DNA from: Chiloscyllium plagiosum
Lineage: Eukaryota
Direction of reading: 5' to 3'
NCBI RefSeq assembly: GCF_004010195.1
Contig: NC_057758.1
Location: 2,108,029 to 2,172,028 of the forward strand
Length of the DNA: 64,000 nucleotides
The notes under the pieces are model-generated. The model did not search any database and was not told the DNA's origin. It saw only the letters and a program-made list of their open reading frames with translations. The position numbers and the translations under genes are program-made. Of this stretch, positions 27,801 to 40,323 are shown piece by piece. Position 1 is the first letter of the stretch, and each line of letters begins with the position of its first letter.

Positions 27801-28260
27801 AGACGATTTGAGTTATAGGAAGAGATTGACTAGGCTGGGGCTGCTTTCCGTGGAGTATCGGAGGCTGAGAACCGACCATATAGAGGTTTATACAATCATG
27901 AGGGGCATGAATTGGATAAATAGACAAAGACTCTTCCTTGGTGTGGGAGAGTCCAGAACTAGAGGGCAGAGTTTTCAGTTGAGATGGTAAAGATATAAAA
28001 GAGATCTAAGGGGCAACTTGTTAATGCAAGTGTGTGGTACGTGTCTCGAATGAGCTGCCATAAGAAGTAGTGGATGCTAGCACAATGGCAACATTTATAA
28101 GATATCTGGATGGGTATATAAATAGGAAGGATTTGGAGGGATATGGGCCAGGTGCTGGCAGGTGAGACGAGATTGGTTTGGGATAGCTGGTCGGCATAGA
28201 AGAGTTGGACTGAAGGGTCTGTTTCTGTGCTGTACATCTCTATGACTCTGTCACTCTATA
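24860..28260 (+). mobile_element. Near full-length degenerate CR1 LINE (ORF1 esterase-like; ORF2 APE+RT)
   Basis: ORF1 IRDSIIRG / VHIDTNDL / KLKSRTS; APE MGDFNFPN.DW, PTREGAILDLVL; RT DFHKAFD, LPQGSVLG, KFADYTK; tail ctctatgactct. Confidence 0.92.
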
Positions 28261-28289
28261 AGTTTAGTTCGTGAAGCATAACAGAGAAT

Positions 28290-28966
28290 AATTAGCTAAC
28301 AACTAATTGCAACTCATTCGTCTGACCATCCCCTTCTAAAATACGAGTTCGAAATATTTTGATTACAACTTACAAAAGAAAACTTCTTACCTCAAAACCA
28401 AAAGTTAAAAATCACACAACACCACATATTAGTCTAACAGGTTTATTTGGAAGCACTAGCTTTGGGAGCACTGCTTCTTCATCAGGTGGTTGTGAAGTAT
28501 AAGATTGGAAGACACGGCCTGTCTTATCTCAAAACAAGGCAGCTTTTAGTTCTTCTCTATATTCCTGCCTTCTTTTCTTCTTCTTGGTGATTCTGCTTCA
28601 CAGGTTACTGATAAAGGTACCTTGAAGACAGTTACTTTTCATGCAGTCTTTACATGATGGTCGCATGGCAGTTCTCCTCTGAACTGTTCAGTTTTCCCCT
28701 GTATTATAAGCCCAAAGCATCAGATTGGGTCATTGGGTTTTAAGATTGTCAATATAAGAAATTCAAACTGGATGAAAGTTTTTTTTTAGTTTATAATTTA
28801 AACTGTTTGGCTTAATTCGAATCAGTTTTTGTCTCCAGTCAATCAGCTAATGTCAATTTCTAACAAATGCTACATTGTTACCTTATTGAGAACACTTGGT
28901 GGTGTCAGGTAATTTTGCTTGCTTTTATCTCTCTTGAAGGTACAGTGCACCCACTTATTCATATCA
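28290..28966 (-). mobile_element. Gypsy LTR fragment (same family as 34139 and 41473 LTRs)
   Basis: Minus strand begins tgatatgaa..ctgtaccttcaagagag..cctgaca..ccaagtgttct, matching the LTR start at 34139. A PLE terminus is inserted at ~28400-28515. Confidence 0.7.
28454..28488 (-). ncRNA. Minimal hammerhead motif, third type (AGCT helix III), core mutated
   Basis: Minus strand reads CAC-CTGATGA-a-gaagcAGTgctcc-CAAA-GCTA-GTG. Helix I is CAC/GTG; GAAA is mutated to CAAA. Confidence 0.55.
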
Positions 28967-28969
28967 AGA

Positions 28970-29300
28970 GAATAAATAGCGTTTTTCCCCCCAAAGTACT
29001 GGAATCGAACAATTGAGGGCATAATTTTAAGTTGACAAGGGACAGATTTAAAAGGAACCTAAGGGGCAACCCTCTTAATGTGGAGAGTGGTGCAGGTATG
29101 AAATTAGATGACTGAAGCATGGTATAATTACAACAATTAAAACGTATATGGACGGGTATCTGAATAACAAGCATTTACTCTTGTAAATGAACACATACTG
29201 GTAAATGGTGCTAGATTCTTATCGAATATTTAATCGTTACGGACGATTTGAAACAAAGGGTCTGTTTCTGTGCTGATCATTTATATGACTCCATGAATCT
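28970..29300 (+). mobile_element. CR1 3' fragment
   Basis: RGHNFK..GNL-type ORF2 end and gggtctgtttctgtgctg tail. Confidence 0.7.
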
Positions 29301-30049
29301 GAGCAGAGGCTGTTAACACATAGAGACACGGTCAGCAACAAATAGATGATGTATGGACAAATAAGCCATTATCGATGAGATGGGCATTATTCCCTCGAAC
29401 ACACAAGATGTTGTCTCCAGTGTGAACACCCCGTGGGTGTAAAAGCTTGGGCAGGCGTTATCGGATGTTTTGGAATGACAGGACTGTGTATTCCTCAAAA
29501 GTCAAAAGCGCTTCAATCCTGATGATCATCAGCATAGTTGCCCTCGTCAGTAATTAGAAGCTGTGGGTTTGGGTTTGTGTAAGACCAAGGAACTGCATAA
29601 AGGATTACCCTCATGAACTCTGTGAACAGTAATCATTCAACTGCCGGCTCAATCTTTATCTCCGTTCTCAAAGTTCTTATTTTGTTTAATCTCTCTGCCT
29701 GCACGTGTCTGAAAAGGGGGAGTTTCATAAGTTTGATAAATTTAGGAATTTTAACCAGAAGAATCATAAACCAATGATTTATATTTTTTTAAAGTTAGTT
29801 TAAACAGAAGCTAGATTACAATCACGTATGGAGGAAAATGTCCCTGCTTTCTGTCATCCTGGGTCCGAAACATGGATAAATTGGTAAATTCTCCTTTAAA
29901 CTATTTCAACGTTTTGATGACTTCAGGATTTTCAAGACTTCATCTTCCCGTGCTTACTCCATTGAGGAAAAAGCAGATTTTTTTCAGGGTCGTCTGCTAA
30001 CAGATTCTTACTATCTGGACTCTTTTATTCCAGGCCTCCTGTTTTACGT

Positions 30050-30495
30050 TTCTCTTTCACTATCCAGCTGTATATCTGTCCGTCCTTTCCTTGCTCTCTG
30101 TCTTTCACCCCGTTGTTCTCAATCTACCTTTCTCATTGTTCGTTTTGTTTGTGCTTGTCTGTTAATTTCTTTCTCATATGCCTCATTCTGTGTTTCTGCC
30201 CCTCACTGTCTTTCTGTCTACCTTGAATGTTTTTCACCTTATGTCCCTCCGTATGTCTGCCTCTGTTCAATTATCTGGCTCTCTCACAATCTTTCCCGCA
30301 CATCCCCTCAACTTCTTCCATTAATTGTATTCCATTGTCTCTTTTTTCTCTTTTCATTTCTACTCTGATATGATTCTCTCTCTATCTTACATTTACTTGC
30401 TCAAAACTGTGTTCGTCTCTCTGTTAGTTGATCTGTCTGTGTGTGTCTCCCCTCTCTCTACTTACCTCTCCATCAGTCACTTATCACTTTCTCTA
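30050..30495. repeat. Degenerate CT-rich low-complexity tract
   Basis: Pyrimidine-rich imperfect (CT)n. Confidence 0.8.
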
Positions 30496-30812
30496 TCATA
30501 GAATGCCAACACTGTAAAAAAAGGAAACTTGACCTTGCAAAGAGTATCCTACCCAAACCCATTCCCTACCTTTTTAATTTATATTTCTCCTGAGTAATGC
30601 AACTGACACATCCCTGAACACTATGGGGCATTTAGTTTGTCTGTTTCACAGATCCTACACATCTTTGAACTGTGGGAGGAAACCCACGCAGACACTTGCA
30701 GAATGTGCAAACTCCACATACGGACAGCCGACGAAGATTAGAATCAAACAGGACTCTCTGCTGTGAGGTTGCAGTGCTAATTACTGAGCCCTGTGACGCC
30801 CCTCAACTGAGT
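30496..30812 (-). mobile_element. HE1-like SINE, degenerate
   Basis: aacccacgcagacac..gaatgtgcaaactccaca core on the + strand (reverse-orientation SINE). Confidence 0.8.
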
Positions 30813-31127
30813 CCCTGTGCAGTCCTTCCACTGAGCCACCATGCCACCCCAGACATTGTACGTTTTCCCCACCAAGAGTCAGTGAAGATCAGGATCAATA
30901 TCGGGGGCAGCTCATACTTTGTAACTTTGCTCAAGTATTGTAGATTCAATGATGACGAGTTACAGTTGACTGTTGACTGTTGACGGGTGACAGGACAATT
31001 CCACTACGGAGCAGTAAGTGCTGCACTGAACTATCAGCAGTTACGTTTCCAAGGGACCATTATAGGTCCAAATGCAACTGGACACAGAGAACATTCTGGC
31101 TTGTGCTGATGCCGAGCAAAGGATGTC

Positions 31128-31333
31128 GAAGATTGCAGTGTGGAAAAGCATAGCTAGTCATATGAGGAACAGGGGAGTTCTTCATCAGGTTTGAGGCTCA
31201 TTCCTGATGAAAGACTTATGCCCAAAACGTCAATTCTCCTGCTCCTTGGATGCTGCCTAACTGGCTGTTCTTTTTCAGCAAAACACTCTTCGACTCTGAT
31301 CTCCAGAATCTGCAGCCCTCACTTTCTCCAGCT
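31128..31333. mobile_element. PLE-derived foldback element with degenerate hammerhead motifs
   Basis: Inverted PLE termini (cttcatcagg / cctgatgaa), flanked by agcaaaggaTGtc (31115-31127) and agcaaaggaCAtc (31334-31346). Confidence 0.7.
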
Positions 31334-31399
31334 AGCAAAGGACATCAGTGTAACACAGTTACCAGTAAAATAATAATTCTGCCAAAATGAAAACAAACT

Positions 31400-32000
31400 A
31401 CTTCCCATCGTAGCCCCATCTTGATTTTTAATGACGTTCCTTTTTCAGTAGAGCCCTATTAAAATACTGTGGAGGGCTGTCCATGTGCAGCTGAATCCGA
31501 ATAGCACAATATATCGTGCGGCTACGTCAGGAGGTCAGAGGGTGGGTATTTCATAGCATTAACACTTGACCCTAACTCGGAGACAGTAGTCTGTTTCCTT
31601 AAAATGCATTTTACCACATTAACCATTGACTCTGTCCCCACCTTCAAACAGAAGCAGAAGTATGCATCATGCACGATATACCCTGCTCTTATCCACAGAT
31701 GTCTCTGGCAACATCTTCTAAAGCCAAGATCAGTGCAAACGAGAATAATCGAGACAACAGCTGCAGTTATAACTTGATGGTCATTTGCAAGCCATAACAC
31801 CTCAAGACTACATCACCGTTCTTTCATAATGATGGGGGCAAAACTCTGGACGTTGCCTCCTGATAGCATGGATAACATAATATTTTTGATGCATGCGTTG
31901 CCCAAGTATGGACTGCAGTGCCTCAGTGAGAGACCTCATTACGGCCTTAAAAAGGGCAATTAGTGGTAAGTAATATATGTTGCATTAAGAAAATACGCCC
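31400..32000 (+). mobile_element. L2-like LINE 3' end, degenerate
   Basis: ccgttc..aaactctgga..tggactgcag..aagggcaattag tail as recalled for shark L2/DeuSINE partner LINEs. Confidence 0.5.
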
Positions 32001-35000
32001 CAATCAATAATGGACCAAAATTCGGAGAGACAAACACAATGAAGAGGAACACTTGTTACACTTGCTGCGACCTGACAGGATGTGACCTATTACAGACGGT
32101 AGTGAACACTTGACACAGAAATAAGTACAAAGTTTTGGAATGGATACCAGTGTCTTGAGTTGAGTTGCTTGGTTGTGTGGCAAAATTAGGGGAAGCAAAT
32201 GAGGCATTTCAGGTTTCACACACACACCTTGGTTCTTCTCACTATTTAATTGAGTGAAGGATTTGATTAAAGGGATAGATTAGCACGTTCTTTCACTGAA
32301 GTGTGATCTTAGCTAGGTATGATGTAGTAACTCAACAACTGCATTCTGTTTCCTATACTATTTCTTGTAAAAAGTCAGGTATTCATAAGAGATGCAGCCA
32401 AAGAAATGCATGCGAATCCATTCCGAAGAAACCATCATCAATGTCAATAATAAGACGACATCACCTCAGATAACGTACAAAAAATGACAGATTTTCTTTG
32501 ATTATCCATGCTCATCTCATTCTGTTCCTGTTATAGGGACAACATTAAAAAGAATCGAAGAAAATTGCTCTGAGCCTCCAATGTGTTTCCGTGAACCTCG
32601 AAATATGAAACACTCCCATGGTGTAAAATGGTCAGGGTGGGACGTTCCAGCTAGAGATCGTTCATTGGACTTGCTGTTCTTCTGTTCCCGTTCCTACTCT
32701 CTTCATCTTTAACCCAGCGTTTTTTCTCTTTCCCTCTTGTCTTGTCCATCGTCGTCTTCTTAACTTTCTATTCCCGGCCGCCTCCGGTAAATGCGGCATT
32801 TGCCAACCTCGAATGAGGAGCAATGATCCCTGAGCTCTTTTCAGTGAAGTTCCACAGTCTCGAGCATGCAACAATCCCTAGTTGCTGAAGGTAATCCCAG
32901 GCGTCTGACGACTATTCCCAGTCTCCAATGAGGACTTACAGCCGAGCGCAGTGGGCTGTCCCCATATGCTTGTGTTTATAAATAACTATGTCTGTTACTG
33001 TGTGTGCGCCTGTGTATGTCTGCTATTAACATACATATACACATACACAGTAATAGACGTACAGTTATTCATAGACACGTGTATATGGGCGAGACAACTG
33101 CACTTGGCTGTAAGTCTTCATTGAATCGTCATCAGAGCCAAATAACATGATCTGGGTGCAGTTCAGTGGCCTCGCAGCATTCCGCCTGGCTTTCCGTAGC
33201 TGCGTTCTGCTGCAGCATGGCAATATCTCAGCTTCCATAAGCGCCCTTCTCTTGTAGTGTCCTCCGGGTGAGGCGATCGCCCAATACGGGTTATCAACCT
33301 CCCAGTCTGGCCCAATGACCTTTACCGCGTCCGTCCCGTGTAGCTTGACGATCTTCCGACCAACTGCAGTGGCTTCCCAGCATGGCATGTGACCATTGCA
33401 GTGTGCAGCCAGGGCCAAGTGCGGATGAGAAGCTAATTGCTACCGTGGTCTGCTGTACCAACCTCCTTTTCGGTAATGTTGGACATTTTATTTTTGTACC
33501 GTCTTAATCTAGGAGCAAAAGGAGTTGTATCTAGGTACTTTGTATCGAAGACATATAAACTTTTCGTTATACTTATTGAGTGTCAGTGACAATAATAGCT
33601 CTTCTGTTCCATTCCATTCTATTCCATTGTTCGACAGTCGTGCAACCTGAGAGATTCAAATGAGTTGATGCTTTTCCCAATAAATATTCAACTGCTTGTG
33701 CTGTGATGGAGCACAGGGTGACTCTGTCTCACATGGTGGACAGAGAGAGAGAAATAGACTATGATATCTTCCATTCATTAATTAAATGCGTGTCCAGCGC
33801 AGGTAGATCTGATAAAACAACGACATTCACACAAACACAGAGACACAGACTTGACCCTGAATAGAGACGCAGACAAACAGAGAAAAAGAACACAGAGATA
33901 TGCAGACATACATAGAAACACTCACAGTAATAGATGTAGAGTTATTCATAGACATTTGCATATGCGGAAAGACACGCACATATTTAATATTCCTCCATAT
34001 ATTGTCAGACACAGAGTCGATCTTTTTAATAAACTGAAGTTAATTTGTCCAACAAACTCGCGTTAAATAGCACAGTCTATCCATGTTATGACTTGCTGCT
34101 CAGACAGGCAGAAACCTTTGGTTTCATCACGTTTTAGTTGTTATGAAGATGTCGAAGTGTCCTGTACCTTTAAGAAAGTTAAAATCTAGCAAAAATATCT
34201 GACAGTACCAAGTTTTCTGAACAGGACACAATGCAATCTTTTGGTCGAGCTGCTAGCGTTGCTCGTTGCATGGAGACAAAAACAAATTCAAATTCGGCCA
34301 ATTAGTTTAAATTATAACACCCCCCTCCCAAAACGAAACTCCGGCCAAGTTTGAATTTTGTATATTGACACTATTAAAAACCGATGACAAAATTCGATGT
34401 TTTGGGGGCATAAGACCAGGAAAACTTGGACAGTTGCGAGAGAACTGCAAAACCAACAGCATATAGAGACTATCCGACACAAAGGTTTCTTAAAGATACA
34501 TTTACTAAACCATCTGTGAATCGGAAATCCGTAGAAGAAAATCTAAAAAGGAAGATTCAAAAGCTGCCTGGAGTTGAAATTTGAATGCTTTGTTGCATCT
34601 TACCGGGATGTTTATCGGACTATATTAGAGAAGGGGAAGTAAAAGAAATGTCAGAGGAAGGAGTGGTATGTTATTGTCAGTTAATTATTCTCTGTTATAC
34701 TTTAGGAAATAAAGTTGAGAATTTTTACTTTAAGTATTTCTTAGCCTCTCGAAATTTCACAGATTACCCCACAGGGAAAATCTATTTTGTGATGCTGGTT
34801 TAAAATTTGCGAGCGGAGGGGGGGGGGGGGGGGGCGGGGGTGCTGTTGTCCCACATTGCAACAGTTTGCGGTCTCTTTGTCGAGATTTGAATGGTTTAGC
34901 CGGCTTTTGTCTGCATAATTATTTGAACTGTTTGGGTCTTGGATTTCTGATTTGAAGTGAATTAGACAGACTTGAATATATTTGGGGGTACGAAAAATCC

Positions 35001-36555
35001 CAGCATATTTGAACACTGACAGGTTAGTGTCCTAGATATTTAAATAAATGTCAGCAATTTGTTCAATTTCTGTGACTTGTGGTTGATTAGACTAAAACTG
35101 GCTCATAAAATTTCAAAAGGTATTCTTGGATTTGGGAATAATTCTCAAATTTGCCAAGAAAATTTGGAAAGAGAGAAAAAAAGCCATAGTTTTAGTTTAA
35201 GCAAATAGGTTAGATTTGGGACTAACCAAGGACAAAAGTAAAGCTAAAATTATAAGGGAGTTTCTCCAACACTTGGGTGCATCAGAAAAACAGACAAGTG
35301 CAGTAGAGGTAGAAGAATGTAAATTACCATTAAGGAAAATGTATTGTAAAGACAAGCAACAGAGAGAAAAAGAGAAAGAGAGATAGAGAGAAGGGCGAGG
35401 GTAACAGGAAAAACAGAGGGAAGATTTTTAGCTGAACAAAGATGAGAGAGGAGAAAGGGAGACAGAAACAAAGAGAGAATTTGAACTTGAGAAGTTGCTA
35501 CCTCGGCAGCAAAATCAAAGTAACAGCATGGAGATTCAAATGAATATAGACAAATATGTCAAAACCTTGACATATATTGATGAGAAAGATGTTGAAACCT
35601 TCTTTATTTCATTTTTAAAAATTGACTCATTAGATTTAGAGGTCCAAATATTTATGGGTAATCCTGGTTCAGACTAAACTGGTATGCAGAGCTAGAGACC
35701 TATTTGCCATACTGTCAGATGAGGTGTCAAGCGATTTATAATAGGTCAAGTGATTATGAATTGGCATTAGATGCACAGAGACAACCGTTCAGAAACACAA
35801 AGAAGGAACCATGTCAGGCGTACATTGAGTTCGAAAGCATTAACATCCTCATTTTTCTTGATGAATGCATGCTTTGAAAATAGTCAGGATATTGGAGGCT
35901 TTACGAGAGAATATTCTGATGGAGGATTTCAAACAAAACTCACTTTCAGATATGGTAGGAATTCATGTGGAGGAACAGAAATTTCAGGAATTGAGAAGGG
36001 CAGCAGAATTAGCAGACTAATACATGTTGATGCAAAAGACAAGCTTCTGGCCAGCATCCCGTCCACTGAGGAATAGGAAATGAGAAAAGCCAAGATCCTC
36101 TATGACAAAACCAAGAGGAGAGAACACTGCTAAGAATTTACCAAAGAATATAAAATAAACCCAATAGGGTGAAAAGAGGTGAAATGACTCAGATGTTTCC
36201 ACTGTGGTAAAATGGGACACATAAAATCACACTGTTGGTCGGTAAGAAAATATTTCATAAAATACACTAACCCAGTGGCATTAATGAAGTTAGTAAAGTA
36301 GGCGCCAAGAAGAACCGACGAGCTGCACGAAAGTGCACAGCCAAGGCAGGGGCTGGGTATGGAGTTAGTACCTAATCTCGACAAAGAATTCCCCTCTGTA
36401 GGTAAAGTTGACTCGGAAAGAACAGATGGAGAAATATAGGATCTAACCAGTCGCTGGTAGTAAGGGATGAGAGAATATGCACGCTTTCTGATCTGTTACC
36501 CGTGAGTATGGTATTTGGTGGGATAAACGGGCAGAAATTTAGCGTTTCCCTTGGT

Positions 36556-36838
36556 AGGGCGGCACGGTGGCTCAGTGGTTAGCAATACTGCCTCACAGCA
36601 TCAGGGTTACAGGTACGATTCGGGCCTCGGGCGACTGTCTGCGTGCAGTTTGCACATTCTCCCCGTGTTTGCGTGTGTTTCCTCCCGCAGGCCAGGTGAA
36701 TTGGCCATGCCAAATTGCTGGTCGTGTTAGGTGTATTATTCAGAGGGAAATGGGATTGGGTGGGTTAATCTTCGGAGGGACAGTGTGGTCTTTCTGTGCC
36801 AAAGGGCCTGTTTTCACACTGTAGGGAATCTAAGCTAA
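36556..36838 (+). mobile_element. HE1-like SINE nested in the Gypsy protease region
   Basis: ggcggcacggtggctcagtggttagc head, SINE core and CR1-like tail. Confidence 0.9.
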
Positions 36839-37448
36839 CCTAGGAGCCGGGTTGGAGTGCCAACTCAAGACTGGAGATGTTACAATGAGAGTGTCAGTTC
36901 CAAGAGATTGGGTTGTTCTTGGGGATGATTTGGAAGGATTCAAAGTGGGAGTGACACCCCTTATTGTGGAGAAAACCAATGAAGACAAAGAAACAGTGGT
37001 ATTACAGCAAAAATATCCTGGCATTTTGCCAGGCTGAGTTGTAACCAGATCATAACTCACAGCACGAAGCGAAACCTAAAGAGAAAGATGAAGGAGTTGA
37101 GGTTCAGTTAGCCGACACCCTGTTCGACATAACTGTGCAGGAAAAACCAGAACAGGCAAGGGGTCAAGCAGAAGGGTTTAGCACTGAAAGGCTAAGATAC
37201 TTGCAACGGCAGGACAAGATGTTGAAACGATATATATGTAGGTCAGCACTCTGAAAAAGAGTTATGATCTGAAACGCAGAATCCTAAGACTGAAATGGAA
37301 AACACAGCATGACAGTGAAGAGGAAAATTGCAGAGGTGCACCAGATTGTGTTTCCGGAGCATACAAATAGGAGTTGTAACGGGGTAGCACATGATCCACC
37401 TGTACGATGTCGCCTATAAATACGAAAGACTAAGGTTATGATATATAA

Positions 37449-38462
37449 CATTATTCCCAATTCCATCGTTTCCGCCGCATCTGCTCCCAGGAGGATTGGT
37501 TCCAATACCGTACAACCCAGATGGCCTCCTTCTTCAAAGACCGGAATTTCCCCCCAGACGTAATCGACGATGCCCTCCACCGCATCTCCTCCACTTCCCA
37601 CTCCTTCACCACCAGGACAGAACCCCACTGGTCCTCACCTACCACCCCACCAATCTCCATATACATCGTATCATCCGTCGTCATTTCCGCCACCTCCAAA
37701 TTGACCCCATCACCCGGGATATATTTACCTCCCCTCCCCTATCAGCGCCCACACCTCCCCCCTTACTTCCCTCCAAGGCCCCAAGGGATCCTTCCATATC
37801 CGCCACAAATTCACCTACACCTCCACACACATCATTTACTGCGTCCGCTGCACCCGATGTGGCCTCCTCGATATTGGGGAGACAGGCCGCATACTTGCGG
37901 AACGTTTCAGAGAACACCTCTGGGACATACGGACCAACCAACCCAACCATCCTGTGGCACAACACTTCAACTCCCCCTCCCACTCCACCAAGGAGTTGCA
38001 GGTCCTTGGACTCCTCCATCGCCCGACCATAGCAACACGACGGCTGGAGGAAGAGATCCTCACCTTCCACCTAGGAACCCCCCAACCACAAGAGATGAAC
38101 TCAGATTTCTCCAGTTTCCTGATTTCCCCTCCCTCCACCTTGTCTCAGTCCCAACCCTCGAACTCAGCACCGTCTTCCTAAACCTGCAATCTTCTTCCTG
38201 ACGTCTCCGCACCCACCCCCACTCCGGCCTATCACCCTCACCTTGACCTCCTTCCACCTATCGCATTTCCAACGTCCCTCCCCCAAGTCCTCCGCCCGAA
38301 AAACATTAGCCTGCTGGGCACACTTTTTCTCATTCCTGAAGAAGGGCTCATGCGCGAAACGTCGATTCTCCTGCTCCTTGGATGCTGCCTGACCTGCTGC
38401 GCTTTTCCAGCAACACATTTTCAGCTCTGATCTCCAGCATCTGCAGTCCTCACTTTCTCCCC
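37449..38462 (+). mobile_element. 5'-truncated Penelope-like element (GIY-YIG) nested in the Gypsy integrase region
   Basis: C..C...IGETGR.LAERFREH..PVAQHFNSPSH. Candidate 12-bp TSD tatgatatataa (37437) / tatggtatataa (38463). Confidence 0.9.
38331..38370 (+). ncRNA. Minimal hammerhead ribozyme motif at PLE 3' terminus
   Basis: CTGAAGA-a-gggcTCATgcgc-GAAAC-GTC. One helix II mismatch; palindromic ACGT helix III. Confidence 0.7.
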
Positions 38463-39959
38463 TATGGTATATAAAACAAAGTATTAGTCTGGAATGCACA
38501 AAGATGTGGTTAACTTTTGCCCAACGTGTCATACATGCCAAATAGTATGTAAGCCACAGGCAATAATAAAACTAATACTTTTGTTGACAATTCCTGCATT
38601 TGAAGAACCTTTTACATGTGTTATATCTGTTTGTGTAGGTTCCCTCCCGAGAACTAAATGTGGGAACAAGTAAATTCTAATCACTTTGGACCTCTCTTGC
38701 GGATTTCCAGAGGCATTTCCATAATGGAGTTTCAGGGCAAAAAAGTGGGAGAGAAGTTAGTAGATTTCTTCACAAGGCATTGGCTACTCAGAGAGATTCA
38801 GTCAGACCAAGGGTTAATTTTTACTGCTCGACTGTTTAAGGAGTTTATGGATAGCCTCGGTATGCAGCACCTTACATCCAGTGCATATCATCCTCAATCC
38901 CAGGAAACTTTAGAAAGGTGGGATAATACCTTGAAGATCACATTGAGAACATTATGTCATAATTGCCCTAATGATTGGGATAATGGTATCCCATTCGTAT
39001 AATACAATTACAGATGCTCCAAACGTATCTACTTAGCTCACACACTTCGTTAATATTCGGGCATGAAGTGAGTGGTCTTTTGAAATTAATTAAAGAAAAA
39101 TTGAGTGGACCAAAATTGATGATCTCACACTTAGATTATGTATCGTAGGTGAGGGATATACTAAAATAAGTCGGCGCATTGGCTAAACAGCACCTAAAGA
39201 GGCCACAGCCGAGAATGAAGCATATGGCAGATAAAAATTCTGAGATCGGACTTTTTCCCAACGTGATAACATATTCGTACTGTAACAGTGACAGGGCATC
39301 CTTTCAAAGCTAGGTTTAGTATTCCCTATCAAATTGAGAAACAGTTGAGTCAGGTGTACCATCTTGCTAAGATCCCAGATTTTTAAAACAGGTATCGTGA
39401 ATATCATGTGAACATGTTAAACCGTATTAAATTAGAGAAAAAGAACTATAGAAAAATGTAGTATTTCCTGTCCCACAAAGTGAGGAATCAATTCCAGATA
39501 ATATGAATATTGCCGTGCTTCAAAAAATATTTAAAAATGAAGAAGTCCTTGATAAATGGGGTTGGTTAGTAAGCTACTTGTCTCAGGAGCATACAAGGCA
39601 GTTAATCGAATTGTTACTGCTGTACGAATTGTTACTACATTTGTACGAATCAGACAGGGAGGACCAATGCTATTGCTAATGAAGTGGATGTAGGAAATAC
39701 TGCTTCGATAACACAAAATCCATATCGGCTTAATCATTTCAAAACCAGTCAGATCCCGAAGGACGCGGTAGCCATGTTTAACGAGGACACCGAACCAAGC
39801 CAAAGTGAGTATAGTTCATCGATCGCCTTAGTTCACAAACCAGACAGGACTCAACACTACTGCGTGGATTATCAGAAGGATAACGCCGTTACAAAATCGG
39901 AGTCACATTCAATTATAGATTGGAGGACTGTATCAAGAATGTTGGAGAAGGCAGTTACA

Positions 39960-40323
39960 GCAGGGAGGGGAAAGCGAGCACTGAAGATGCTGGAGATCAG
40001 AGTGTAAAACGTGATGCTAAAAAGGCACAGCAGGTCACACAGCATCCGAGGAGCAGGAGAATCGACATTTAGGGCAGAAGACCTTTCATTGGTGATCTTT
40101 AAGCAGCAATTGGATAGGTACATGGATGGATGCTTAAGCTAGGATAAATGTTTGGCACAACATTTTGGGCAGAAGGGCCTGTTCTGTGCTGTACTGTTCT
40201 ATGTTCTATGTTTTCTCTCAGGAGTTATTCCTGATGAAGGGTTTATGCCCGAAACATCGCTTCTCCTGAACCTTGGATGTTGCCTGATCTGCTGTACTTT
40301 TCCAGGAACACAGTCTCGACCCC
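39960..40323. mobile_element. PLE-derived foldback element with 12-bp TSD and a nested CR1 tail
   Basis: Inverted arms; exact TSD AAGGCAGTTACA at 39948-39959 and 40324-40335; hammerhead CTGATGA..GAAAC at 40231-40258; CR1 tail at ~40090-40212. Confidence 0.85.

Noticed and set aside
30853..30950. VKIRINIGGSSY resembling a BTB/T1 domain start
   Set aside because: Similarity does not extend beyond a few residues and the frame closes.
36556..36630. tRNA-like sequences (also 19481, 20148, 51570)
   Set aside because: They are SINE heads followed by the SINE core and LINE tail, not tRNA genes.
37496..38541. Long overlapping Pro-rich ORFs
   Set aside because: They are alternative frames of a frameshifted Penelope element, not host genes.
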